Shown here: in pieces, positions 11,452-24,374 of the stretch
Position numbering within the stretch: position 1 is the first letter of the stretch
Layout: every line of letters starts with the position of its first letter
Origin: Octopus vulgaris
Lineage: Eukaryota
Direction of reading: 5' to 3'
NCBI GenBank assembly: GCA_951406725.2
Contig: OX597826.1
Location: 48,732,001 to 48,796,000, forward strand
Length of the DNA stretch: 64,000 nt
The notes under the pieces: generated by a model
Database searches by the model: none
What the model was told of the DNA's origin: nothing
The model's input: only the letters and a program-made list of their open reading frames with translations
Translations under genes and position numbers: made by a program

Positions 11452-11519
11452 ATATATATATATATATATGTATAAATATATAAACATATATATACTATTT
11501 ATATCATATATATATATGT

Positions 11520-11852
11520 AGCTGACTGGCTTCCATGCTGGTGGCACGTAAAAAGCACCATTCAAGCATGATCATTACCAGTGTCACTTTACAGCAATTT
11601 GTGCTAGTGGAACATGTAAAAACAATTGAGTGAGGTCGTTGCCAGTGCCACCAGACTGACTCCTGTGTAGGTGGCACATAAAAGCACCCACTACACTCTT
11701 GGAGTAGTTGGCATTAGGAAGGGCATCCAGCTGTAGAAAGTCTGCCAGGTCAGATTGGAGCTTGGTGCAGCCATCTGATTCACCAGTCCTCAGTCAAATC
11801 GTCCAACCCATGCCAGCATGGAAAGCAGACGTTAAATGATGATGATGATGAT
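11520..11852 (+). mobile_element. Family C (RTE-type 3'UTR) copy
   Basis: Diverged stem-loop units, the C tail and a (GAT)n end. Confidence 0.8.
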
Positions 11853-11879
11853 ATAGATATACATACATATATATATGTA

Positions 11880-11933
<54 letters not shown>

Positions 11934-11949
11934 TATATATATATGACTA

Positions 11950-12757
11950 GTGAAGCCATAACCCGTGGCCCTACCTGGGACGTAGTCAGTCCGCCTGTGC
12001 ATACCTTCCTGCTTGTGACACTTGAGAAGACCTGTTGAGGCAAATCAAATCAAAGTCAAATCGAATCAAGTCAAACCAAATCAAAATAGATGAACATCAA
12101 TGGAATTTGTATCCTTGTGGTACCAGTGCCGGTGGCACATAAGAAAACCATCCGAACGTGACCGTAGCCAGTACCGCATCGACTGGCCTCCGTGCTGTGG
12201 GCACGTAACAAACACCGTCCGAGCGTGGCCGTCTGCCAGCCTCGTCTGGCACCTGTGTCGGTGGCACATAAAAACACCATCCGAGCGTGGCCGTCTGCCA
12301 GCCTCGTCTGGCACCTGTGTCGGTGGCACATAAAAACACCATTCGAGCGTGGCCGTCTGCCAGCCTCGTCTGGCACCTGTGTCGGTGGCACATAAAAACA
12401 CCATCCGAGCGTGGCCGTCTGCCAGCCTCGTCTGGCACCTGTGTCGGTGGCACATAAAAACACCATCCGAGCGTGGCCGTCTGCCAGCCTTGTCTGGCAC
12501 CTGTGTCGGTGGCACATAAAAACACCATCCGAGCGTGGCCGTTCGCCAGCCTTGTCTGGCACCTGTGTCGGTGGCACATAAAATCACCCACTACACTCTC
12601 GGAGTGGTTGGCGTTAGGAAGGGCATCCAGCTGTAAAAACACTGCCAGATCTGACTGGCCTGGTGCAGCCTTCGGGCTCCCCAGACCCCAGTTGAACCGT
12701 CCAACCCATGCTAGCATGGAAAGCGGACGTTAAACGATGATGATGATGATGATGATG
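11950..12757 (+). mobile_element. Family C (RTE-type 3'UTR), young CpG-rich copy
   Basis: 5' part matches 18410-18540 (gaagacctgttgag...aaatc); contains the tandem array, the C tail and (GAT)n. Confidence 0.85.
12219..12585 (+). repeat. Tandem array, six near-identical 62-bp units
   Basis: Unit ccgagcgtggccgtctgccagcctcgtctggcacctgtgtcggtggcacataaaaacaccat, starting at 12219, 12281, 12343, 12405, 12467 and 12529. Confidence 0.95.
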
Positions 12758-12812
12758 TACATACACACACACATACAAACACATGTATACATACACACAT
12801 ATAATTACGCAC

Positions 12813-12846
<34 letters not shown>

Positions 12847-13060
12847 GCAAACACATATATACACACATACACACGCATGCACACATACTCATATACTATC
12901 CTACAATAGAATCTTCTGCATGCATTAATCAGAATATAAAAGTGACATTTTTCATCAATACATATAAAATATTGTACATAGCAATACATGTATATACTAA
13001 AACACACACATACACACACACACAAATGCAAGCAGTAAGACACACAGACACATGCAGCAC

Positions 13061-13108
<48 letters not shown>

Positions 13109-13399
13109 TCATATATATATACATGTTTATATATGTGTATATATATATGTATATGTATACATATATATATATCTGCTGACAGATGTACACTATCTCTTTA
13201 AAAGGATTATACAATCTCTGTTCTCTCAAGATTTTGAAATAGCCTGTAGTTGGAGAAGGAGGTAGGGGAGAAGAAGATGAGATTTAGTTTGGTTTGGGGG
13301 AGAAGCGGGAGGAGAGAGGAAGAATTATGAAATTTTCATACAAATATCACTAATTGATAGCGCAGTGGAGGAGCCAGTGGCAGTGGTGGTGTATTTTCA

Positions 13400-14085
13400 T
13401 GATGTGGTGATTTTCATGGTTATGGTAGCTATTCTTGTGATGGTAGTGTTGATGGTGGTGGTGGTGGTGGTGGTGGTGGTGGTGGTGGTGGTGGTGGTGG
13501 TGGTGATGGTTCTGCTACTGCTAGTGTTGGTGGCATTAATGGTGGTTCTGACAGTGGTGGTGACAGCTCTGGTGGTAATAGTGGTGGTGGTGGTGGTGAT
13601 GGTGGTGGTGGTGGTGGTAGGAATGGTGTTGTTCTGGTGGTGATGGCATTGGTGGTTGCTGTAATGGTGGTATTGATGGTGGTGATGGGGAACATGGTAA
13701 TGATGGGGCCAGGGTGATGAAGATTATGGTATTGGTGGTGGTGGTGGTAGCTCTGGTACTGGTAATGATGGTGATGACAGTGGTGTTGATGTACATGTTA
13801 ATGGCAGAGTTGTGGTGGTGGTGGAGATGGTGGTAGGAATGGTGTTGTCCTGGTGGTGATGGTATTGGTGGTAGCTCTAATGGTGGTATTGATGGTGGTG
13901 ATGGTAGTGATGGGGAACATGGTAATGGTGGGGTGGTGGTGATGAAGATTTCGGTGGTGGTGGTGGTGGTGGTGGTGGTGGTGGTGGTGGTGGTGGTGGT
14001 GGTGGTGGTGGTGGTGGTGGTGGTGGTGGTGGTGGTGGTGGTAGTGGTGGTGGTGGCAGCATTGCTGGTCATGATGTTGGTGGTG
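13400..14085. repeat. (GGT)n microsatellite with a ~216-bp higher-order duplication
   Basis: ggtggtaggaatggtgttgt...ggggaacatggtaat...gatgaagatt occurs at ~13613 and ~13829. Confidence 0.85.
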
Positions 14086-14349
14086 GCTGCTCTTAAAGTA
14101 GTGCCTCCAACTGAAGTGATGGAGGTAGTGATGACATTCTGTGTGTGTGTGTGTGTGTCTATGGCTAAGTTTGTGTGTGTAAGCTTTAATACAATTTCAT
14201 GGAAAGCTCAAGAAAAAAACCCAAAACTAATAAACAAACAAAACAATTAGAAACCCATTTCTTTGGAATCATTAAAACCAGTTTCTGTTGAATTTTCAGA
14301 GAAGATACGACAATGTACCTATCTATATAGCTAGGTGTATTCTTGAGAA

Positions 14350-14607
14350 TAGCTACACACACATACACACACACACATTTATATATAGATAGATAGATAG
14401 AGGCAGGTATACATATATGTATATATTCATATATATACATATGTATGTATACACATACATGCATACATGCATACATATACACGTAAATACACACACACAT
14501 ATACACACACATATACACACACATACATATATAAATGTATAAATGTATGTATGTATATGTATGAAAATGTGATGCACTTATACTTAGAGAGAGTTGTATC
14601 ATTGTCA

Positions 14608-14643
<36 letters not shown>

Positions 14644-15152
14644 TCTATGTATGCATGCATGCATGTATGTATGTATGTATGTATGTATGTATGTATGCAT
14701 GCATGTATGTATTTATGCATGCATGTATGTATGTATGTATGCATGCATGTATGTATGTATGTATGTATGTATGTATGTATGTATGTATGTATGTATGTAT
14801 GTATGTATGTATGTATGCATGCATGTATGTATGCATATATGTATGCATGTAGACATAACCAGCTTAAATAATTGTGTAATATAGATATTAGGAATGTATA
14901 TACAGAAATAATCATATATAATTATATATAAAATATACATTGTATAAACATGTTTATAATAGTATTTTAACTATGCAACATATCATCTCCTTCCCAGACA
15001 CATATACGCAGATAGGCAAAAACATACATACATACACACATACATATATATATATATATGTATACTCACACACACATATATATATACATATATACCTACC
15101 TACCTACATACATACATATATATATATACATACATACATATATATATATATC

Positions 15153-15198
<46 letters not shown>

Positions 15199-15258
15199 CA
15201 TATACACATATATATACATGTATATACATACATATATATCTATGTATATATATATATA

Positions 15259-15335
<77 letters not shown>
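14350..15335. repeat. Compound (ATGT)n, (CA)n, (TA)n microsatellites
   Basis: Direct reading. Confidence 0.95.
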
Positions 15336-15336
<1 letters not shown>

Positions 15337-15799
15337 CTGAGTCTGCAAAAGTATGCAGTGAAAATCATATAGATGATTCCGAATTCGGAAACAATTGAAT
15401 ACCAAGATAGCAAAGAGACGAAGGTAGGGGGGTGAAGTGGGGGAATGCAGGGGGCGGGTGAATGAATAAAGATATAAATTATATATTACGCAAAAAAAAA
15501 GCAATAAAAAACACAAATGAAAAATAATTATAAAAAATTTATGTATTTTTTTCTTCTACTTCCTGATCTCAATTGACAATTAGGAAACAAAACAGTTTAA
15601 TCCCTCTAAACTCCAATATTCTTCACATCTTTGCTAACGTCTTGTTGACTCTTAATTAGGATCAATTCTTTGAATGTTCCAGTTTATTTCATCTGCCTTA
15701 CATTAAGCATTATTCTTTTCTTTTGCAGCAGCTTACCATTCTTCTTCAAGCTGCCATGATAAAACTTTCAGTTTTGGAAGATACCAAAAAAAAAAAATT

Positions 15800-15821
15800 G
15801 ATGATGATGATGATGATGGTG

Positions 15822-15873
<52 letters not shown>

Positions 15874-15902
15874 TGATGATGATGATGATGATGATACTAA
15901 TA

Positions 15903-15934
<32 letters not shown>

Positions 15935-16001
15935 GATAATAATAATAATATTAGCAATAATAATAATAATGATGATGATGATGATGATGATGATAATGAT
16001 G

Positions 16002-16035
<34 letters not shown>

Positions 16036-16130
16036 TGATGATGATGATAATAATAATATTAGCAATAATAATAATGATGATGATGATGATGATAATAATA
16101 ACAATAATAATAATGATAATAATAGATGAA
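15800..16130. repeat. Alternating (GAT)n/(AAT)n microsatellite
   Basis: Direct reading. Confidence 0.95.
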
Positions 16131-17230
16131 TAAATGAATAAAAGAATGGAATATGAAAGACCACATGCTAGAGAGAGGAGAAACAGAAGGAGAGAGAAAG
16201 ATACAGAGAGAATGAGACAAAGAGAGAGAGGGAGGAGAAAAGAGAAAGAGTAAATTCTTGCAGTCTTAGAAGAAAGTATGGAAAATAAAGAACTTTTAAA
16301 TGATATGCTTATTTATTTTGTCTTATTTTTTATTTTATATATTTTATTATCTGGGTGATGTGTGTGTGTGTGCATGTGTATTATGTTTAACATTATTCTT
16401 GTAAATTTTGGTTTAAGAATTTCTCTCTCTCTATGTATGCATATACATGTATACATATACTCCTACACATACATACTTACATATATTTATATATGTTATG
16501 TGTATGTATGTATATTATATGCATGTATGTATATTATATATATGTGTGTCTATCTATATATATGTATATCATATATATGTATACACACAAACACACAATT
16601 CACACACTCACATATACCCATACACCCACACATAACTAAACACACACACAGACACCAATGCACACACACACACACTGAAAGAATTTAATAGCAATTTACT
16701 AAATTGTAAAATTGTTGAAGAATTTTAACACCAATGATTCGCTCTTTGAAATTCTCTTTGTTCTGTGATTAAGTAAGACATATCAAGTAAATTCTTTGGA
16801 AAAAAGAAAGAAAAACTGACAAAAAAACAGAACAAGAAAAATAACAAAAAACAAAACAAAAGGAGTAAAAATTGAAATTGGAAGTTTATATGTCTACAGG
16901 GATTTGCAGAATATTAAGAATTTCATGAATATGTCTGAATATATCTACGTAAGGGGTATTTATATATGTATTTGCTAGGGTTTAAATATTTATAAATAAG
17001 GAAATTCTATAAAAATAGATATGATGATGTGCACATATGTGACTGTAGTGTGTCTGTGTGGTTAAGAAGCTTGCTTCTCAACCACATGGTTTCGGGTTCA
17101 GTTCCACTGCACTGCACCATGTAAAGTCGTTTTTCTACTATAGTCCAAAGTCAGCCACCCAAAGCCATGTGAATGGATTTTGTAGACAGAAAGTGAAAGT
17201 AACCTATTGTATGAATGTAGGTACGTATGT

Positions 17231-17540
17231 AGTGGCTGTGTGGTAAGTAGCTTACTTCCCAACCACATGGTTCTGGGTTCAGTCCCACTGTGTGGCACCA
17301 TGGGGAAGTGTCTTCTACTGTAGCCATGGGCTACACCAAATCCACTCAGTGGATTTGGTCGACAGAAACTGAAAGAAGCCCATTTGGTGTTAGGAAGGGT
17401 ATCCAGCTGCAGAAACTCTGCCACATCAAGATTGGAGCCTGGTGCAGCCATCTGGTTCGCCAGTCCTCAGTCAAATCGTCCAACCCATGCTAGCATGGAA
17501 ACCGGATGTTAAACGAGGATGATGATGATGATGATGATAT
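17231..17540 (+). mobile_element. Chimeric SINE: family A tRNA head fused to family C (RTE) tail
   Basis: Head runs to gaaactgaaagaagccc (~17381), then ttggtgttaggaagggtatccagc...(GAT)n. A second diverged A head lies at ~17052-17210. Confidence 0.75.
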
Positions 17541-17965
17541 ATATATAAAGTCTAGTACTTATTCTATCAGGGTCTTTAACTGAACTGCTAAGTTAAGGAG
17601 ATGTAAACACACTATCGTTGCTTATCAAGTGATGACAGGGTCACAAACACAGACACAAAGACACGCACACATTAATATATACATATGTATATATATATAT
17701 ATTTAAGTCACAACACATGGATTCAAGTATTCCAGTAGTACAAAACCATAGAAAATATATAGTATATGTAGCTCAAATTCTGCATTATTTTGAACAAATT
17801 TTTTGAATTTTGCAATAATACTGACATGTAAGTAATCTATTTATTATTAGACATAATAATATAAATTATTTACATGCTTTTGAGTTATGAAACAAGTTTA
17901 TCTTGATATTAGGATTTTTCTTCTGTTAAATAAAAGTCTGTCCAAACAATTCAGTCATTTATGAT

Positions 17966-18050
<85 letters not shown>

Positions 18051-18287
18051 TTAATAAGGGTGAGAGAATTAGATACTAATTTAATAGTATATCTATTCAA
18101 CACCAAGTGGCCCAGTGCTCCGAGAAACCTGGATTATTATAATATTTTATAATATATTATAATATTTTTACAAAATAAATATAAGAGAATCATACTGACT
18201 TTCATGGGAAACATGTATTTTTGTGGTTGAAACCTTTTGGATTAACTAGTGCTAGAGTGAGCCATATAGTGACCACTCTCTTATATT

Positions 18288-18334
<47 letters not shown>

Positions 18335-18349
18335 TACATATATATATGT

Positions 18350-18940
18350 GTGGCCGAGTGACTGAGACCTTTGGAAATATGCTGTGCTTGAGAAGAACCG
18401 GCAAGCCAAGTGAGACCATAACATGTGGCCTATGCCAGTGGTGTAACCAGCCCACTTAGGTGCACCTTTCTTTCATTGGACACTAAACTCTGCTTGCGAA
18501 GACCTGTTGAGACAAGTGAAATCAAAATCAAATTCAATTACAGTACCGCATGACTGGCATCCGTGGTAGTGGACCACTAAGAGCACCATCCAAGCATGAT
18601 CATTGCCAGGGCCACTGACTGGCTCCCATGCCAGTTGGTAAGTAAAAAGCATCATTCAAGTGTGATCGTTACCAGCATCGCCTTACTGGCACTTGTGCTG
18701 GTGGCACATGAAAAGCAACATTCGAGTGAGGGCGTTGCCAGTGCTGTTGGACCGGCTCCTGTACAGGTGACACATAAAAACACGATTTGAGTGTGGCCAT
18801 TGCCAGTACCACCTGACTGGCCCTCATGCCAATAGCATGTAAAAGCACCCACTACACTCTTGGAGTGGTTGGCATTAGGAAGGGCATCCAGCTGTAGAAA
18901 CTCTGCCAGATCAGATTGGAGCCTGGTGCAGCCGTCTGGT
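18350..18940 (+). mobile_element. RTE-type LINE 3' end: ORF terminus plus 3'UTR stem-loop array
   Basis: 18357-18413 translates SD*DLWKYAVLEKNRQAK*, matching the RTE C-terminal DR..W motif. Followed by ~5 diverged array units and the C tail. Confidence 0.75.
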
Positions 18941-19034
18941 TATTTTAGTGTTAATGTTGCTTCAATGATTCATTTTTTTTTCTTTTTGTGATGTTTCATA
19001 TGTGCAATATGAGTTATCTCATTTCTCATTTCTC

Positions 19035-19444
19035 ATTTACTTGTTTCAGTCATTTGACTGTGGCCATGCTGAAGCACCACCTTTAGTCGAGGAAATCAAC
19101 TCCAGGACTTATTCTTTGTAAGCCTAGAACTTATTCTATCGGTCTCTTTTGCCAAACTGCTAAGTTGCAGGGACGTAAACACACCAGCATCAGTTGTCAA
19201 GCGATGTTTGGGGGGGGGGGGGACAAACACAACACACACACATACACACATATATATATATATATATATATACATATATACGACAGGTTTCTTTCAGTTT
19301 CCGTCTGCCAAATCCACTCACAAGGCTTTGGTTGGCCCGAGGCTATAGTAGAAGACACTTGCCCAAGGTGCCACGCAGTGGGACTGAACCTGGAACCATG
19401 TGGTTCGTTAGCAAGCTACTTACCACACAGCCACTCCTACGCCT
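19035..19444 (-). mobile_element. SINE family A
   Basis: Colinear with other A copies. Confidence 0.9.
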
Positions 19445-20242
19445 ATTTGTGTGATTATTATAGAATTTATACATATGTGCTGTGTAGAGTAGATTGCGTT
19501 ATTGGATGGTGTTTGTACAGTGAAAGCATTGTATAATGAGATTGTACAACAACAATGAATGGCAGCTGTTTAGAATGTGAGTTGTGTTGAGTTATGGGTG
19601 TCATAGTATGCACTATCAATTATGTAACAGTATGGGTTGTGTTGTTCTATTGAGTGGTGATTGCATTATGTAGGTTGTTACATTGTTTAATGATAAATCA
19701 ATACAGGTATGTTTGTGTTATGTGAGTCTTGCTATTCCATTTGGTTTGTGATTCTTTAGGGTACAATATGTTGTATCCAGAAAGTATGCTATTTGAGTCA
19801 TGTTACTGCATTGAAAGTGTTTTGCAAAAAATCTAAAAGATTGTGTGTAACATTGTGACTCCAGGCATGACTTCTGTGTGTTTTTTGTAAGTTCTTGTTT
19901 GTTATACTGAAGCCTTCAGATAATACTAGAACAGTTCTTTGCTTTCAATCCCCACATCTTGTTTATTTTTAATTCCAAGATCCATGTACAATTATTCTAT
20001 CCCTTTTCAGGCAATGTTTTGGTCAGAAGAAATAAAGATGCTTATCAGATTAGAGCAACTGGAAATGGGGGGGGATGGTCAATGTAATTGATTAACCCTC
20101 TGTAAAAGCCTGCTGGCCTTGTGCTAAAATTTGAAACCATTAAAGCAGCAAGCTGGGAAATCATTAGCATGTTCGACAAAAATGCTTAGCAGTATTTCCT
20201 TCGGCTCTTCTGAGTTCAAAGGTCAACTTTGCCTTTCATTCT

Positions 20243-20244
<2 letters not shown>

Positions 20245-20275
<31 letters not shown>

Positions 20276-20316
20276 GTTATCATCACCATCACCATCATCA
20301 TCATCATCGTCATCAG

Positions 20317-20371
<55 letters not shown>

Positions 20372-20521
20372 TTAATGTCTGTTATCCATGCTAGCACAGG
20401 TTAGATGGTTCAACCAGAGCTGGTAAACTGGAGGGTTGAGCCAGGTCCCATCATCTCTTTCGGCCTGGTTTCTACAGCTGGTTGCCTTTCTTAATGCCAA
20501 CCACTTTACAGAGTGTACTGG

Positions 20522-20522
<1 letters not shown>
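20245..20522 (-). mobile_element. Family C tail running into an expanded (CAT)n tract
   Basis: The tail at 20371-20522 abuts (CAT)n at 20245-20370. Confidence 0.75.
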
Positions 20523-20578
<56 letters not shown>

Positions 20579-20786
20579 GGTTTTTCTTCTTCTTTCAAAT
20601 TTGCTTCCATTTCTTGCCGAGTGTCTTCCCGACTCCTAGGGCAAAGAAACTCATAGTATACATTGGTAGGCCATTAAACTAAACTCACTAGTTCGTTCAT
20701 TTTTTTTTTTGATAGAAATAAAGGTAAATTAAAATACATGGGTAGTAATAGTTCTCACATCGACAATATTATTATTATTATTATCA

Positions 20787-20863
<77 letters not shown>

Positions 20864-21198
20864 GTGAAGGCACATGGCTCAGTGGTTAGAGTATCAAGCT
20901 TATGATCGTGAGATTATGAGATTGAATCCCGGACTGGGCTTCTGTTGTGCTATTGAGCAAGGCACTTTATTTCACATTGCTCCAGTTCACTCAGCTGTAG
21001 AAATAAGTTGCAACGTCACTGGTACCAAGGTTTATCGGCCTTTGCCTTTCCCTTGGATAACACTAGTGGCATGAAGAGGGGAGGCTGGTATGCATGGGCG
21101 ACTGCTAGTCTTCCATAAACAACCTTGCCCAGACTTGTGCCTGGGAGGGTAACTTTGTCGGTGCAATCCCATGGTCAGTCATGATCGAAGGAGGTCTC
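20864..21198 (+). mobile_element. SINE family D, near full length, inserted in (ATT)n
   Basis: tRNA-like head tggctcagtggttagag...gattgaatccc; (ATT)n on both flanks. Confidence 0.8.
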
Positions 21199-21261
21199 AG
21201 CAATTATTATTATTATTATTATTATTATAATATCATCATCATCATTCTAATGTTGTTGTTA

Positions 21262-21720
21262 AGTCAGTGAGGTGGCAGAATGGTTAACATGCTGGGCAAA
21301 ATGGTTAGTGGTATTTTGTCCGTCTTTAGTTCTGAGTTCAAATTCCTCCAAGGTTGACTTTACCTTTATCTTTTCAGGATCGATAAATTAAGTACCTATT
21401 TCTTTATTACCCACAAGGGGCTAAACATAGAAGGGACAAATAAGGACAGACATAGGTATTAAGTCGATTACATCGACCCCAGCACATAACTGGTACTTAA
21501 TTTATTGACCCCGAAAGGATGAAAAGTAAAGTCGACCTCGGCGGAATTTGAACTCACAACGTAACAGCAGACGAAATACCGATAAGTATTTCGCCCGATG
21601 TGCTAACGTTTCTACCAGCTCTCCGATAAATTAAGTACCAGTGAAACACTGGGGTTGATGTAATCAACCCATCCCCTCCTCCTAAAATGGCTGCCCTTGT
21701 GGCAAAATTTAAAACCATTA
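21262..21720 (+). mobile_element. Older SINE B copy split by a nested antisense SINE B
   Basis: Head at 21262-21396; remainder at 21624-21720. Confidence 0.8.
21397..21623 (-). mobile_element. Young SINE B with 16-bp TSD
   Basis: TSD cgataaattaagtacc at 21381-21396 and 21624-21639. Confidence 0.9.
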
Positions 21721-22134
21721 TTATTATCATTATTATTATCGTTATTATAATCATTTTTTTTTTATGGTATGTTATTACTGCTACTACTACTACAACTACT
21801 GTTTTGCCACAGGCAATCAGTAGTGATTCTCTGTAAGACGCTTCTAACCAAATGTACAGCTTTTCTAGTTTTCATTGTTTCTCCACAAAAAAAAAAAAGA
21901 AAAAAAAAAGGAAAAAACCACAACAACAAACAACAAAAGAAATTAACAAGACAAGAAATTCTCCCGATATTGTTTTATCCTCTCATTGTTTATCTTGATT
22001 GATTTCATTGGTTTCTTTTTATTTTTTTTTACATTTGTTTTATTTTTTTTTACATTTGTTTTATTTTTTTTGTTGTCTTCTTGTTTCAACCCACATTATT
22101 TCATTTTTCTATTTGTTAGCATTATTATCATTGC

Positions 22135-22520
22135 TCTTGTTATTGTTGTAGTTGCTGTTATTGTTGCTACTGTTGTTGTTGTTGTTTTTGTTGTTATCAC
22201 TGTTACTGCTGTTGTTGTTGAAGTTATTGTTGTTGTTGTTATCACTGTTATTGCTGTTTCTGTTGTTGTTCTCGTTGTTGTTGTTGAAGTTATTGTTGTT
22301 GTTGTTATCACTGTTATTGCTGTTGTTGTTGTTGTTGTTCTCGTTGTTGAAGTTATTGTTGTTGCTGTTATCACTGTTATAGCAGTTGTTGTTGTTGTTG
22401 TTGCTGTTGTCACTTATGTCATTTTTGTTGCCATTCCTGCTCCTGCTGTTGTTGTTGCTGCTGCTGCTGCTACTGCTACTCCTGCTGCTGCTACCATTGT
22501 TGCTGTTGTTCTTGTTGCCA
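22135..22520. repeat. (GTT)n/(GCT)n tract with a ~63-66 bp higher-order unit
   Basis: gttgaagttattgttgttg...ttatcactgtta recurs three times. Confidence 0.85.
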
Positions 22521-22838
22521 TTCCTGGTTCTTGGTCTTTTATTCGTTATTTTGTTCATCTTTGTTGTTTGATGGGATTTATGATAATTTGTTAACAATGG
22601 AAGCCTCTTTGTTTTTTTTTTTACTGTATTATGTAATTTCCTGTATTTCTGTGTGTGTATATATATATATGTGGAAATGTGTATGTGTGTGTGCATGTAT
22701 GAATCTGTGTGTGCATGCGTGTGTGTGTGTGTATGTGTGTGGGCGTGTGTACATGCATGAGTGGACATGTCATACAATGTGCTGGTGTCTCAGATGAAAT
22801 AGATGAATGTGTATATATGTGTGTGTATATATATATAC

Positions 22839-22896
<58 letters not shown>

Positions 22897-22917
22897 GTAT
22901 ATATATATATATATATG

Positions 22918-22959
<42 letters not shown>

Positions 22960-23048
22960 TGTATGTATATATAAGATCTCTGTTAACATTTTATAAAGAT
23001 TTTTTATGTAGAATTTATCCACTCATACACACACACACATACACACAA

Positions 23049-23091
<43 letters not shown>

Positions 23092-23930
23092 CAGCAGCAG
23101 TGACAGTATCATTTAACATCTGACTTCTATGCTGACATAGGTTGAATCGTTCAGCAGAATCTGTCAAGTCAGAGGACTGTGTTAAGCTCCAATGCTTTCC
23201 ACATGGTTTCTATGGCTGGATGCCTTTGCTAACACCAAATACTTTATAGAGTGCACTGGGTATTTTTTTATGTAACATTGTCACTATTGAGGAGTCATCA
23301 AGGAACTTTCTAGACAATATCCATTCAACTGAATTCGGTTGCTGTATTAAGTGAGATGGCTTTGTGCCAAGTGTTGAGGCGATAAAGTATGAGAGAAGGT
23401 CAGGAACAGGTGTCTTATTGCAGAGAAGATACATGGCTACCCCAGCTGAAAAGGGAGAATGGATGGCATGGGAGATGTACCAGGTTGTGTCCTAAAGTTA
23501 CAACAAGGTGAATATCAGAATAGGGATGGATGATATATATATACATAGATGCATTTATATATGTGTCCTGTTTTTGTTACCACTTTTACCCTCCACAAAA
23601 AATTCCAAATTTTATTTAATTTGTTTTGCAGGAAGGACTGTCTAAACAAAGTCACGTCTTGTCCTTACCTTCAAAATGTGGACTAGATAAAACAGGGGAG
23701 AACTGATGAAGGGAATCTTCTTTCTGTTGCATGTCTCGTTTCTCTGGGGGTTTTTTTGTTGTTCAAAAAAAGTTTGTTTTCTATGTTTTTGCTTTTTATG
23801 TTCTCATTTCTCATTGTGTCTACCTTTTTTTGATGTCCTGTACCCATATATGCATGTTTATATACATATATGTAGGTATGTACATATATGTATGTATATA
23901 TGCATCTATTTATATATATATATATATACA

Positions 23931-24329
23931 CTAGCAGTATCGCCCGGTGTTGCTCGGGTTTGTAAGGGAAATAACTATATAAGCATTTTTAGAGAGTTAT
24001 AGCCAAAAAATAGCAAAAAAAATGCATTAAAAATGGAAAAAAAATTATGGTAAATTTTTTTTTAAATCGTTGACTCATCGTAGATATTTTTAGAGAGTTA
24101 CTTCCCTTATATAATAGCGAAAAAAATGCATTAAAATGGAAAAAAATGATAGTAAATTTTTTTTTAAATCGTAGACTCATCGTAGACGTGCGCTAGTACC
24201 CAGAAGGGCTCGATATGAATCACGACTATAAGATACCCGGTTTTGGTTAAACTGCACCACAAAATGTGGGAGTAGTTAGGAATCTAAATCGTAGGAGACA
24301 GACACACAACCTTACTTTTATATATAAAG

Positions 24330-24330
<1 letters not shown>
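23931..24330 (-). mobile_element. Non-autonomous Helitron, intact ends
   Basis: The - strand starts TCTTTATATATAAAAG and ends with hairpin cccg-agcaacac-cggg then atactgCTAG. It sits between A and T with no TSD and has an internal ~100-bp tandem duplication. Confidence 0.9.
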
Positions 24331-24373
<43 letters not shown>

Positions 24374-24374
24374 T

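Noticed and set aside
12219-12585. CRISPR-like array, and repetitive ORFs 12071-12717
   Set aside because: Units are contiguous and identical with no unique spacers, there are no cas genes, the context is a eukaryotic retroelement 3'UTR, and the ORFs result from the 62-bp period.
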